A stretch of DNA of 64,000 nucleotides from Camelus dromedarius (taxonomy: Eukaryota): assembly GCF_036321535.1 (NCBI RefSeq), contig NC_087437.1:17238001-17302000 (forward strand). The letters are read 5' to 3'. The notes under the pieces were generated by a model. The model was given only the letters and a program-made list of their open reading frames with translations, ran no database searches and had not been told where the DNA came from. Every line of letters starts with the position of its first letter. The stretch's first letter is position 1. Of this stretch, positions 25,833 to 40,310 are shown one piece after another. The translations under genes and the position numbers were made by a program.

Positions 25833-27455
25833 CATTTTAATTCAGTAAATCTTGGGTTGGCATCAGAGGTCAGATTTTTAACAGGTACTCCAGTCATTTC
25901 TAATGTCAGTAGGCTAAGGATCTCTGATTTGGAAGGGAAAAATTCAGTTACAAATACTGTTGATCACCTACTATCACAATGCACTATACTTTTTTTATTA
26001 CTGGTAAAATTCATTTACTTGAACATTTTTAAATTAAGCACAATCCAGATATTTTAAAATCTGGAGTTATACAACTAAGAAGAATAGAAAATGAAGAGAC
26101 CAAAATTTCCTTAGTCTGACTGCATTCCCGGGATCTGTATCTTGTTTAATAGAAGAGTTAGAGCACATATTTATAGAAACTGGACTACACAGCAAATATT
26201 TAAATAAATAAACATGAGGTACAGTAAGCACAAGTCAGATTTCCACAGTCATTTTTTTTTAATGAAATACACATTATAACTATAGAAAATTTCATGATTA
26301 TCAAACTTCAGGACCAATACAGGTCCTGTTTGTTTTGGATTATTCTTAAATACTTGTCAAAGAAAAGTAAATGAGAGGTGAGCCAATTGTTAACTTTTGC
26401 TATAAAAAGACTCACCTCACCAAACACTCTCTGTAAAACTTAAAAACTAAGATAAAATTTTGAGTTTTAGTATTATTAGACTCCACTTTTTGACATCTTT
26501 TCCTTTTTTCCGTTTTCCTGGCTTTCCACTTACAATCTTTAAAAGCAGACTATATATAACAAAATATCCTTACATATATGTCCTTTGACAGTTTACAAAT
26601 CACTTTCAGATACATTCTCTCAGCCCCATTAACAGGCATCATTATCAATTTACAGAACAGAAAACTGTGACTAATGGAGGTAGATGACTTGCCCAAATAT
26701 CAAATAAGAAGTGACAAAGCCAAGATTTAAACATATACCCTCCTGCTTCTCAGTGCTATTTTATTAGATTAATTGCTAATGACCAGTGGTTGACCCCCAC
26801 CTTAAGACCCACTAATTTCTGAAACAGTAGTTGCAAAGTAATTCTCCTTAAGATGATCTCTTACTTCCTGAATGTACCATTTCCTCTTCTTGGAATCCTG
26901 TTTCATATCACAAAATAGTAAACAAGTTTGCAGAGGATACAGTTTCCTGGTTTTTTTATTCTTTTAACCTCCAAGAAGCATGGGAAATCATTGCTTCAGA
27001 AATGTACTTTCCTATAAAATTGGGGTTCCTTTTTGTAAAAATCTTCTATGGTGAGGAATCATTTTAGAAGGTATGAGAATAATAAATGCTGGCAGAACTT
27101 CTGTTCCCATGGAGACTCAAGCAAAATTCTTCATTTCTGAGTTTCCGTATCTAACAATTCAACCACACTTGCTTTACAGTCAAGGATCAAAAAATTGTTT
27201 CCTATTTTTTTCACATTAAACATCTGAACAGAACTAGCCACCAATTTTAGAAAATACAAATACTTTGGTACTGGTGCTATTTGCTAACCGGTTGTCTTAC
27301 TAGAGAGATCAAACCATCTTTTGCTCCTACTGAAAATGTCTCCCTTTAATGTCTCACTAACCTACTTAATTTTATAGGCAGATATCTCTGCTGAGGTAAC
27401 TACTTTATTCATTTATTTAAGGATTCTGTGCCTGATTGTTTATCCACTGTTGTAC

Positions 27456-28318
27456 TGTAACTTATAATAAGAAATATATATTTGGTCTTCATGGCACAGA
27501 GTTCCTAAAACCTGTGTAATTTCCTAAGGGATCCCAGGGATAATGCCTTTTGTTATTCATAACAAGTCCTTTTTAAACCACCCCTGAATTTATGTTAATG
27601 AGTTGATTTTTGGAAAGCCCTAAAAGGTAGGGGAAGCTGGTTGCCAGGAAACCAACCTCTGGTTAGAGGGTCAGACCTTTCAAAGCCATCCCCTGACCTC
27701 CAGAGAGGGGAGAGGAAGAGAGCTGAAGAGTAAGTTAAATCACCAACGATCGATGATTTAATCAATCACATCCTTGAAATGAAACCTCCACAAATACCTA
27801 AAAGGAAAGAGTTCAGGAAGCTTCTGGGTTGAACTTATAGAGGTTTTGGTGCCACATCCCTCCCCCTATATCTGGCCCTATGCCTCTCTTCCATCTGACT
27901 GTTCCTGAGTTACATCCTCTTATAATAAACCCACAGTCTAGTTAGTAAACAGTTTTCCAGAGTTCCATAAGCCAATAATGTAATAAATTAATCGAACCCA
28001 AGAAGGAGGTCGTGGGAACTTCCAATTTACAGCCAGTTGGTCAAAAGCAAAAGTAATAACTTGGACTTGCTATTGATGTCTGAAGATATCTGTGTGCCCG
28101 TCTGTCCATGGGGGAGGTGGGCTTTGGTCTTGTGGGATTAAGTCCTTTACTTCTGTGATCTGATGCTAACTCTGGGTAAATAGTGTCAAAATTGATTAAA
28201 ATTTTAGGATACCCAGTTGGTGACGCAGAATTGCTTGACGTGTGGATAACCAACACATCTGGTCACAAAGTGTCAGTGTTACAGTACAGAAGAGAAGAAA
28301 TAGTGTTTTTCTTATTCA
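27456..28318 (+). mobile_element. MER21-family (ERVL) solo LTR
   Basis: Starts TGTAACTTATAATAAGAAATATATATTTGGTC. Contains GATTTAATCAATCA...AATGAAACCTCCA, AATAAA at 27924-27929 and GGTCGTGGGAAC...ACAGCCAGTTGGTCA. Confidence 0.8.
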
Positions 28319-30119
28319 TTCACATAACCCAAAAATTGTCCCAAATTAGAGAATTAGTCAACTATATTTTTTCATCATCATTTGACTATATTGGCTTGAT
28401 ACTCTTCACTTCTTTCACTGTTTTCCAGTATCATTCATAACTACATTCACAGCAAAAAAGACAAGAACTCTTTCATTCACTTTCATTCCTAAATGCTGTT
28501 GACTTGCCTCATCAGGTACCATTTTCAAAGTGTTGTTTAACCTTACTTAACTCTACGACAATTTGTCATTTCCCCCCTATTTCCTCCAACCAGACATAAG
28601 AAAAAAGTAAAGAGAAATAAAGATTAACTTTTTCTTTCAAAATCTGAACAAAACTCACAAAATTTATAGAATATTCCAAAGTAAACGACTACATTGGAAC
28701 AGTAACTTCAGACAGAGTATACTGAATCTGGGCCATCTTTCACAGACCTATGAATCAACAGACATCAGTCTATCATAACAGTAGGAGACTTAGTTAAAGG
28801 AGAAGCCAAGGGATGAATCAAATTCTCAGTGTTGGAAGGGGAAGTTTATCTAGGAGTTTCTTGACTAGATAATTAATTTCTTAATTACAGAGTGGGGAAT
28901 CAAGTTACAACTTAATTCACTAGCCATATTTTCTGTTTAATCTATGACAATAGGAGCAATAAATCTTCCTTCTTTGATTTTTTTATCTTCACTTAAAATA
29001 ATGTAAGATACTCTGATTATATTTAATTTCAATAATTAAGATTATGATGATTTCTTTGATTTTCCAGGATAAGAAGATTTTCATTATGAAAGGTCCATAT
29101 CATGGTTTATTTCACTACTTGCATTGATAAACTAAGTCAAAATTTTCCTGAAGAAAATATAAAGGACAATTTCCCAAAGTTGTGACGAAAAGATATAAGG
29201 TATCCTTCAGGCATTAAATCTGCATATGCCTGTATACAGGAGTGGAGGATTCTGAAATTAAAAAAAAAAAATTAGAAATCTAGACATAGGGTTCAAAGAA
29301 GAGTGGTATGAGAAGCTGTATCTAGAACTCATGATTCTAAGTCGTAAGAGCTGCAGTTCATGACAAAAGAGGTTTTCTAATGGTCACAAAATACCAGTTT
29401 TCTGTAAGTTAAACAATTTCATATTATGCAAGATTACCTGCAATTTATAAAAGTTTAACATGCCAAACTACACTCACAAATTCTACTTTTGTCCTCCCCT
29501 TTTTGCTAACATTTTATGTTAGGGTAGGCTTACTCTTAAATTTGATTAAACTAAAGGAAGATAATTGTCAACTGTGAAGAAAATTATACATTTGTCTCTT
29601 AAAAATACATCTGAAGTTTATTAAACTTTGATACTTTCTTTTAAAACAATGAGTATCATTTTTAGAAAGCTTTACAAATGGTCAAGCATGACAAAATATT
29701 TAATTTCACTAGCAATTATAGGAAAGCAAAACAAAACAATATACTATTGTTCATTCATCAGATAAGTTAAAGCCTGATAATATTCAGTGTTAGCCAACAC
29801 TCAAATTAAAATGAGAACATAAATTACAAGTCTTTTAGCAGGACATATTTGTCAGTTCCTTTTTAGGAGGAATTTAAGAGACAGAAATATATTTAAGCAA
29901 CAAAGATCTAAAAACAAAATTGTTTATTAAAGGATTAGAAATTAGAAATAAGCTAAATGTCCACACTATACCATGTATGGACATACCACACAGAGTAGAT
30001 TCATCCTATGGAAGCACAACGCAGTTGTCATTAAGAACAAAATCTAACCATATGCAGTAACAAGAAAGATGCTCACAATAAAAAGTTAAAAGCTGTAGAA
30101 CAAGATGTATAGTATGAAT

Positions 30120-30573
30120 TATATTAGCTTCCTTAGGCTGCCATAACAAATTATCACAAATTGGTGGCTTAAAACAACACAAATTTACTCTTCACAGTTC
30201 TGGAGAAGAAGTCCAAAATCAAGGTGTAGGCAGGGCCCTGCTCCCTACAAAAGTTCTACAGGAAAATCCTTCCTTGCCTCTTCCACTTTCTGTTGGCTCC
30301 AAGTGATCCTTGGTTTGTGGCTTCAATCTCTGCTTCCATCTTCACATCACCTTCCCCCATATCTGCAGACTTCACATGGCCTGCTTCTCTGTGTCTTCTC
30401 TTCCATGACACTTGTCAATGGATTAGATGCCCACCCTAATCCAAGATGACCTTACCTTAAGACCCTTAATTATATCTGCAAAGATCCTTTCTCCAAAAGT
30501 CACATTCACAGGTTCCAGAGGCTTAGGACTTGGACGTATTAAGGAGTGGAAGGGCACCATTCAACCCTACACA
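30120..30573 (-). mobile_element. MLT1B/C-like MaLR solo LTR inserted in an old L1 3' UTR (~29650-30760)
   Basis: TATTAGCTTCCTTAGGCTGCCATAACAAATTATCACAAATTGGTGGCTTAAAACAACA...CACCATTCAACCCTACACA. Confidence 0.85.
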
Positions 30574-31084
30574 GCCCAGTTACATTTGTTTTTAATCCCA
30601 TATATGTATAAGCATACATTTCTAAGTAACTAAGAAAAAAACGCTATGGAAGGATTACAAAAGAAAATCATTAACAGTAATTACTTCTTAGAAACAGTAA
30701 CAGGTAATAAAGTGAATAGGAATTCTCATATTCTATTTCATATACTTTTGAAAAAAAATTAAATAATGAACATTTACTTCCCCACTGTCCTAGACAACCA
30801 TTTCACATACACCCACATCAAATCTCTTCAATCCTAGAACAAATTTTCTCTCATCTTTGCTCAGCTTCCCTCTTCACTGAAAAAACTCCAAGTATCAGAA
30901 AATTTCCACAAACTAAAAATCCTTCATTTACCCACCCACCACCATCTATATCCACATAATATGCCTCTCTCCAATGAACTTCTCAAAATGTGTTCCCACA
31001 GTTCCTCAATCTTTTTCCTATTTCAATTTTTCACACACTAATTGATCATTCACCTTGGCACAGAAACACATTATCAATTTCTTT

Positions 31085-31700
31085 TAAAAATCTTCTCTGA
31101 AACCCATTTTCTACTCTAGATACTACCCTATTTCTCTGCTCCCATTTGCAACAAAATGTCTCAAAAGAACTGTCTATACTTGCCATTTCCAACATCTCTC
31201 ACCTCATTCACTCTTAAACTCACTCCTGTAAGACTTTGTCTTCACTATGCCACCAAAACAGCCAGGTAAGGTCACCATTAACTCCTTGTTGCTAAGCCCA
31301 ATGACCAATATTCAGTCCTTATCTTAACTTGACCTATCAGTAGCACAGTCAAAATTAAAACATTTGCTGGTTTCCAGAAGACCTTACTCTTTCAGCTGTC
31401 CTTTGCCAGTACCAATTTTACTGGCTCCTCTTTCCTCCCCAACCACTGAAGATTGGAGCACATACCCCAGTACAAAATAACCCATCCTCTGTATCTATAC
31501 TCAGTCCCCACAGATGACATGTAATCTCATAGCTTTAAAGATCAAAGTTTAGAAACTGATAGCTCAATTTCGTATCTCTAGCCCAAGAATCTCCCAAACT
31601 CCTAGTTTGTATTATGCAACTCCCTACACTGACATTATCACCAAATAGCTGCAAAGCTAATTTCCCCCACCATCAAATATCTACATCAGATATTTACTTC
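31085..31700 (+). mobile_element. L2 LINE, RT-region fragment
   Basis: AAGGTCACCATTAACTCCTTGTTGCTAAGCCCAATGACCAATATTCAGTCCTTATCTT...GACCTATCAGTAGCA, a KVT....SVLIL.DLS.A-type RT motif. Confidence 0.7.
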
Positions 31701-33354
31701 TTCAAGTCATTGATTCTCAATAGTTTTATTCTTACCATTCTAATAATTGCAACCTTCTGCCTCCCAACTATCTCAACCCCTACTTTGTTCTTCTTTTTTC
31801 TTTTACAAGAGTATTTATCACTTATCATTTAATCTATTTACTTATGTTTAGCTATTGTTTATACTGTGCCCTCTTCCACAAACTGAAATGTATCCTTCAT
31901 CAGGATACATTGTGATACTTTAAACTAGATAAATCAGTGAATTTAAGCTCTCCTGATCAATCAGACTCCTCCAAATTCTGTCTTTGACAGAAGATTTTAG
32001 TTTGACTTTTTAAACCCCCTTTTGGGGGAGTAGATAGAGGGCTGAAATAATCACCTAGGTAGTTTTTTCCAAAATATAAATAGTATCTTCCTCTCTACTC
32101 TGACCCAATATTTATACATTCTGATTTACCTGAGGTGAGTCATAAATAAATATATGCTTTCCCAAAAATCTCCCTAGACAATTCTGATGTTATACAATCC
32201 CAATCACTGTACTGACAACCACTGGATTAAAATATACAAAATAAATACTACAGTTTGTGATTCATAATCTTTAAGTCTTCAGGTCCACATTTTTATAAAA
32301 GAAAAATACTTTTCAGAGGAACCAGTAAGAAGTTAACGGCAAACATGTTTGATTAACCCTAAGAAGCAGGGCCCTACCAAGTAGCCACATCATGTCTACA
32401 AATGACCATCTTCAAAATTCTATGCTTGTTACCACGTTACAGCCCTCCAATTCTTCCTCTTGCCTGCTAATGCCTATAAATTTACTGTAGACTATTCAAA
32501 ACTGCCCAATTGTTGAAAAGGACCACTTTATTCTTCCCTTTCTTTGATGTGCTATGTTCTTCAACATGCCTATAATGTGACAATGTCCTTCCAGCACCTC
32601 TCCTTTTGGGCACACCTCCCAAATTATATCTTCCTCCCTGTCTAGAAAGCTTGGCCTAGAATTGGTAATTACAAAAAATGATTTCTGGATGCTCATGCTA
32701 TCCTCTATTCCTAATCTTGAGCAACTAAGTACCAAGGAGATTTACAGAAAAGAGATCACTAAACTAGGTTTCTAACCTCAGTAACTTTCAACTCAAGTTT
32801 TCGCACCTGTCAAATGGACATATAGAACTAGATTACTTCAAAAATCTCTTCCAGTTATAGAATGTGAACCAATGATTTGGTTACTTATAATGAGATTGTC
32901 AGCGAGAAATTAACACAAGGTCTCTCAAGAATAATATAAAAAGTCATAAATGTGCTTTCTCAATTACTTTAAGCAGATGTAACAAATCCCTATCTTGAGT
33001 TACTGCATCTTCAAAAACCTTTAAATATATTTTATTTTCAAATATCCAATTTGTCTGAAATATATGATATTAAATTAGACCTTTTTGGGTAAAAAATTGA
33101 TTTTTACCCTTGAAATGTTTTGGTTCCTGATCAAAACTTAATCTCTAGTTGACACACCACTACCACTAGTCTAACCTCAAATGTCTATGTGTGTATATAA
33201 TAGAAAAAAATCTTATTAAGAATCTCTACTTCAAGGAAAATGTCAATACCCAGTACCTCATTATAGAAAAATTATTGCTACAGAATAAGCAGTGCTCTTT
33301 CTACTTTTTCAGGTGAGTCCTGGAAGTCATTCTATCCCATAATCAAAAGCAGCT

Positions 33355-33595
33355 CAGTGAAACAGATGGAGCCAGAAGGACCTGAACTTCCTTCCTACCT
33401 TGGCCACTTAATAGCTGATATTGCCCACCCCACCATATAAATTTACTTAACCTCTCTGAAAATCAATTTTCTCAACAGAAAAGATAAAGAAAATACCTGT
33501 CTTGAGGGGATGCTCTAAGGATTAAAACAGATCATCTACTGCATTTTTCAGTGTTCTAAGAATATAGCAACCACTTAATAAAAAGTAGCTATTAC
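33355..33595 (+). mobile_element. MIR SINE
   Basis: GGAGCCAGA...GCCACTTAATAGCTG...TTACTTAACCTCTCTGA...AGGATTAAA. Confidence 0.65.
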
Positions 33596-33939
33596 TTTGG
33601 GAGAATCATTTTACAAATTCATTCCTTCTACCCATTGAAACTTCAAATGCAGTCTGCTAATTAACATCATAAAACATAAAGAGCTATTTCTTTGCCCCCA
33701 CAGTTCCACTATACAAATTAAGTATTAATGATTAATTCAAATCTAATTTGGCTATTATTTTATACTATTTTTTTAAATGAAAATCACTATTTGTTAAAAT
33801 TATTTTCAACCAATAATGGCTGACATTAAGTTAAATTATATTAAATTAGAAAATATACTTTTATAAATTCAGTTATAAATTCACTTATGATTAAACTTAT
33901 AATTTACTTCAGTTATCCAGGTTCATTCATAAATTTTAG

Positions 33940-36900
33940 GCCAACAAATTGGTAACAATTACAAGCAAGCAAAAAAGCCCCAAAATAAATATGCAAACAC
34001 TGAGAACTGAAAGGAGAAACAGACTGTTGAATAATAGTTGAAGACTCCAAAACCCCACTTTCAACAATGGCTGGAACATTCAGACAGAAGATCAATAAGA
34101 AAATAGAGAACCTGAACAACATTATAAATCAACTAGATATAACACACATACACAAAACACTCCACCTAAGAGGAGCAGAACACACTCTTCTCAAGTATAC
34201 ATGGAACATTCTCTGGGATAGACCATATGTTAGGCACCAAAACAATCCTTGATAAATTTCAAAGACTGAAATCTAGTGTATTTTCTTGGACCACAATGGA
34301 ATGAAATGAGAATCAGTAACAGAAGGAAAACTAGAAAATTAGCAATACAAACATAACCTTAAACAAGGAACATATCAAAGAATAAATTATAAGGAAAATT
34401 AGAAAATAAATTGAGACTAATGAAAATAAAAATATAACTTATTAAAACCTTGGATACAGCAAAAGCAGTGCCCAGAAGGTAATCTATAGCTTCTAAAAAT
34501 ACCTAAAAAAGAACTATTTCAAATCAATAATCTATAACTTAAGGAATTAGAAAAAGAAGAGCAAACAAAACCCAAAGCCAGCAAAAAGGAAATAATACAC
34601 TAGGGCAGAGATAAATGAAATAGAGACTAAAAAAAAAAAAATCATAAAGGATCAACCAACTAAAATCAGAAATGAAAGTGAGGACATTACTACTAATCTC
34701 ACAGAAAATAAAAGTACTGTAAGAGAATACTAGGAACAACTGTATTTAACAAATTAGATAATGTAAACGAAACAAGCCAAAACTAACTCAAAGAGAAAAT
34801 CTCAATATACCTATACTAAGAGAATCTACAGTCAAAAACTTCTACAGAAAGAAAAGCCTAAATCCAGATGGCTTCACCGGTGAATTCTACCAAACATTTT
34901 AAAAGAATTAACACCATTACTATCAAACTCTTCCAAAAATTACAAGCAGTGATACTTCCTAACACATTCTATGAGAGCAGTATTACCTTGATACCAAAGC
35001 AAAACAAAAATACCAAAGGTTAACAAAAAAACAAAAACCATAGGCCAATATTCTTTATGAATATATATGCAAAAACCCTCACAAAATATCCACAAGTCAA
35101 ATACAATAGCACATTAAAAGGATTATATACCATGACCAAATTATCAACGGAATGCAAGGATGGCTCATATAATTTCATCAATGAAATAAACCATATTAAT
35201 AGAACTTAGAAGAAAAAAAAACACATGATCATTTCCATAGACACACATAAGAAGCATTTGACAAAGTTCAACAGCCTTTCATGCTAAAAATAATCAGAAA
35301 ACTAGGAATGGAAGGGAGTTTACCTAACATGACGAAACAAATTTATGAAACACCCAGAGTTAACATCGTACTCAATGGCAAAAGAACAAAATAAAAGCTT
35401 TCCCCCTTACATCAGGAACAAGGCAAGGAAGACAATTGCTATTCAATATCTGGAATTCTTAGCCAGAGCAATTAGGCAAAAAAAAAAGGCATCCATATTG
35501 GAAAAGAACAAGTATAACTAACTCTGGCTGTACATAACATGATCAGATATAGACTATACTAAAGAACCCACAAAAAAATCTACTAAGCTAATAAACAAAT
35601 TGAGCCAAGTTGCAGGATGTAAGATCAACACACAAAAATCCATGTGTTTCTATTCATAATGAGTAATCCAAAAAGGAAATTAACAAAATAATTTCATTTA
35701 CAATAACATCAAAAAAGAAAAACAAACAAACAAAGAATAAGTTTAACCAAGGGGGTTAAAAACCTGTAAACTAAATACTACAAAACACTGCTGAAAGAAA
35801 TTAAGAAGACCTAATTAAGTGTAAAGTCATCCTACATTCACAGATTGGAGGACTACTTAACATTGCTAAAGTGGCACTACTCTCCAAAGTGATCTACAGA
35901 CTCAGTACAATCCCCTTCAAAATCCAAATAATCTTTTATTGGGGAAATGGAAAAGTCAATCCCCAAATTAATATGGAATTGCAAGGGGGCAACTGAACAG
36001 TCAAAACAATATTGAAAAATAAAAATGAAGTAGGATGGCTCACACCTCCCAATTTCAAAACTTCCTACAGATCTACTAACAGATGGTACTGGCATTAGTA
36101 CAGACTTACAAACTAAGAGAAAAGACTTAAGAATCTAGAAATAAATTCATACTTCTGTGGTCAACTTTTGACATCAATAATGAAGTAGCAGTTTCTTCAA
36201 CAAAAAAAGTTGGGATAATTTGATATCCACATGAAACAGAATGAAGAGGGGCTCTTATCTCACACCATATAGAAGTTAGATCAGGACAGATCAAAGACCT
36301 AAATAAAAGGACTAAAACTATAAAAGTCTTGTAAGAAAACACAGAGGTAATCTATGACCCTGGAGTATGCAATGGTTTCTTAGATGTAACATCAAAAGCC
36401 TAAGTACTTCAAGGGAAAAAAAATTACACCTCACTGAATTTAAAAACTTTGGACACTATCGAGTTAAAAGAGCTCACAGATGAAAGAAAATATGTGTAAA
36501 TCATACGTCTGATAGAGGCCTAGTATTCAGAACATACAAGGATTTTTATTAACATAACGAAAAGACAAATAACCCAATTTTTTAAATGAGCAACAAAGTT
36601 GAAAAAAAAATTTTCCAAAGATAATATACACTGGCCAACAAGCACATAAAAAAATACTCGACTTCATTGGTCATTAAGAGAATTCAAGCCAAAGCCATGA
36701 GATACTGCCTCACACCCAGTGGGATGTGGAAATGGAAAAGTTAATCCTCAGATCGTATGAAACTGCAAGGGACTCCAAATAATCAAAACAATACTTAAAA
36801 GGAAAAACAAAGTTGGAGGGCTCACACCTCTCAATTTCAAAACTTATATAAAGCTACAGTAACCATAACTGATTTTTTTTAATCAAAACATTTTTTTAAG

Positions 36901-37503
36901 TGTTGACAAAGATGTGGTCTAATAGGAATCCTACACTACTAGTGAAAATGTAAAATGATGTAGTCAATGATGCCAAAATGTGCATCAGATGAATGAACAA
37001 ACTGTGGTACAGTTGTCCCTTGGTATCCTCAGGGGATTGGTTCCAGGACCCCACCATGGATACGAAAATCCACACATGCTCAAGTCCCTAATATAAAATG
37101 GCATATATACAATGGCAGATCATTCAGCCATAAAAAGAAATAAGTACTGATACAAGCTACAATTTGGATGAACCTCAAAAATACTATACTAAGTGAAAGA
37201 AGCCAGACATATATTAAATGATGCCATTTATATGAAACACTATGAATAAGCAAATCCACAGAGAAAGAAAGCAGGTGAGGGGTTGCCAGGGGATTGATTT
37301 TTGACAGATGTCAGGGGAATGGGGAATGATTACTTAATTGATGTGTGATTACATAATTGATTAATCTTCTGGTGTGATGAAAATGTTTTGAAACTAGAGA
37401 GGTAGAGCTGCACAACAGTACAACTGCACTAAATACCACTGAACTGTATTTCAAAATAGTTAATTGTATGTTATATGAATTTTACCTCAATTTTTTAAAA
37501 AAG
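33940..37503 (+). mobile_element. Long degenerate L1 (L1MB-like): ORF2 endonuclease end, RT, C-terminus and 3' UTR
   Basis: Frame 34067-34252 RQKINKKIENLNNIINQLDITHIHKTLH resembles the L1 ORF2 endonuclease. CCAGATGGCTTCACCGGTGAATTCTACCAAACATTT encodes PDGFTGEFYQTF. Ends GAATTTTACCTCAATTTTTTAAAAA. Confidence 0.9.
37010..37105 (+). mobile_element. MER2 (TcMar-Tigger) 5' fragment inserted at a TA within the L1
   Basis: TA|CAGTTGTCCCTTGGTATCC...GGGGATTGGTTCCAGGACCCC...ATGCTCAAGTCCCT.ATATAAAATGGC. Confidence 0.85.
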
Positions 37504-39369
37504 TAAAGGCTAATGTTGAGAAACCAATTTGAACTATCAATTACTAACTTGAAATAAAGTTTCACTACTTACTATATTGGTATTTATACTATTGTAAGAA
37601 GCCTAGTTTAATCCTCTAACCTCCCCCCAAAAATAATGTGTTGTCCATTTTTGTGCTGAGTAGTATATGAGAGTATGGTTGTTACAAATAATTTTGTTTC
37701 CTAGTTAGTACTAAATTAAACTACTGAATATACTTAGTACTTAATTATTTCTTCCTCCATTTTGCAATGTTGGCTACTAACAATACTAAATCATTAGCTT
37801 AATTTGTCATAGAATAAGAAATTCTTTATTTAGTCAATTTGTTACTTGAATTGTAGTCAAGTATAAAATGATTTTGTGGAACTAATATATGCTGTTTAAA
37901 AGGGCTGCAATGACCAGAAGAGAATGTGGAGGGACTTCTAAGGGGCAGGTAAAGTTCTGTTTTTGATATAGTGTTAGTTGTGTCAAATTGGTGACCATGT
38001 GAAAATTCACTTGAGCTGAGTATTTATGTAATCTTTTCTGTACACTTTATACTTTTAATTATAAAAAGCTAAAAAAAGTTTTATTACATAGACCAGAAAA
38101 TGACTTTAAAATGCATGACTTTCACAATGTTGTTATACTTTTTCTATGAGAAAAATAATTATAATGTCAATTTTTCACAATGTTAAAAAGGATCATAGAA
38201 TTTTTTAAATGTGTGGTAAATCCTTATAATTATTTTAAGCATGTGTATATTTACTACTGCATACTTTATAACTAAGCTGACGAAGAATTTATGATCTAGG
38301 AAAGTCAGATTACAGTACGATTTATATAGGTTAACTATGGTTGTGAGTTTAAATGAACTTCGCCCTAATTAAAGAAAGGCTTGAGAACTCCAGATAAATA
38401 CCACAGAATTTACTCATAAAACATAATACAACATTTTTTGACCTATTTACCCCGAGAAATATGCTGGGTTTTATCCTTCCTTCCTTCCTGGATATTCTCA
38501 TTTTAAGGACAGGAAAGTTCACCTATGCAAAATTACTATGTATTTTATTTAAAATGTTTATTTCTGAAGATCAGTTTTCCCACAGTATTGAAATCTGAAT
38601 TCATAATGATTTTCCAAGAACAAATAAGCTGTTAAAATATTATTTTATCATCCCCTTCAAAGGATATTTCATTTTACACCTTTATTCTCTGATACTTTTC
38701 CCCCTTAGACTCTATTCCAGTGCTCCAATCCCAGGGCTCCTACATAATTTTTTCTCTCTCACACACACACCACTATGCAGAATTAAACCTACACTGTATT
38801 TTGTTTCCTTTCCACAGTCCTAGAATTTCAGTCTTCTTTATACTTCATATTTATTGCAACAAGGCTGTAATTTGCATAATGTACTTTACTTTAATGTTTA
38901 TGTAGGTCATAGCCCCTACCCCATTACAACTAGGGACCACAAGAAACTATTTACTATTTGCTTTAACTTGGCAAAGTAAAGTTTGCCAAGAAGAAAAATC
39001 TAAAACTAAAAAAGAGTAAATAAACTATTTTACTTAAGCAACTATTTTTGTGAGTAGCTTAAAACTGTAAATGCAACTAAAAGCCAAATACAGAAAAATA
39101 CAATCTACTCAACCAAACTGAGATAAGTGAAATGATCACGTGAAGTATGTTTTATCACAATACACAATAATCACTTTGTCCAGCTTCTTTGAAAACAAAA
39201 GGAAAATGTCATTATCAGAAGCAATTATTTTGTATAACATCTGGCAGGCTCTCAGGCTTTAGAAATTCTGGAAATGCTTTGGACAATTTGATTTAGAGCT
39301 AGAATGAAATTCTATTCACAAAAAAATTTTGCTACAAAACTCCCGAGAGCCCACCTTTAAAAAGAAAAA

Positions 39370-40310
39370 AAACTAAAGACAATACTTATAATAGCATAAA
39401 AAATCAAATATCTAGTAATTAATCTAACAAAAGATATGCAGAACTTCTATCCAAAAAGCTATAAAGGATGTCATTTCTTCCCACCCCAAATGCAATGCAA
39501 TCTCAATCAAAATCCCAACAGGTTTTGTGGTTTGGCTGGGGGTTTTATTGGTTTCTTTTTTTCTTTGGGGGCGGGGGAGATTGGTACACTGACAGGGTGG
39601 TTCTAAAATGCAAAAAAATACGACTAGGAAGGCTTCAAAAAGAACAGAGTGGAAAGACTTGCTTTGTAGTATTCAGAGTTAACATTAAGCTCAATAAATA
39701 AGGAAGGCAACAATATCAGTGCAAGGATAGACAGACTAATGTTAACAGGATACAGGTCCAGAGACAAAGCATGCATATATGGACATGAATTATAAAAAGA
39801 TGACATTGCAGAACAATAGGAAAGGTTTTTGATTTTTTTGTTTGATTTTCCTAAGTGGTGCTGGGACAACTGGATATCCATATAAAAAAAAATTAAGATT
39901 TGACCTCAGACACATACAAAAATAATTTCCAGGTAAAGTACATACCTAAATGAGAACAGTAAATACAGCTTCGAGATGATACAGAAAAGTAACTTCATGA
40001 CTCCAAGTAAGGAAAGATTTTTTTAAAACAGGGTACAAAAAGCACTAAGTATAAAGGAAAAGACTAATAAATTTAACTATATAAGAACTTCTCTGCATCA
40101 AAAGATACCATTTTAAAAGGCACCTTAGGCAACTACATAACAGGAGATATTAGTGATCTATTTAAAGTGACAAAGGACTCAATATTCAGAATATAAAAAG
40201 ACCCCTATAAAACAAAACAAAGACAATCGAATAGAAAAAATGGACAAGGGACAAGAACAATCACTTCACAAAACAGGGTATCAAAATGACCCAAATTACG
40301 GTGCTTAACA
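39370..40310 (+). mobile_element. Old L1 (L1ME-like) ORF2 3' fragment
   Basis: AATCTAACAAAAGATATGCA...TGGTGCTGGGACAACTGGATATCCATAT...AAGAACTTCTCTGCATCAAAAGATACCAT. Confidence 0.7.

Noticed and set aside
33820..33915. Short AT-rich direct repeats (TTATAAATTCA x2) as an array
   Set aside because: Low-complexity AT DNA with no regular repeat-spacer structure.
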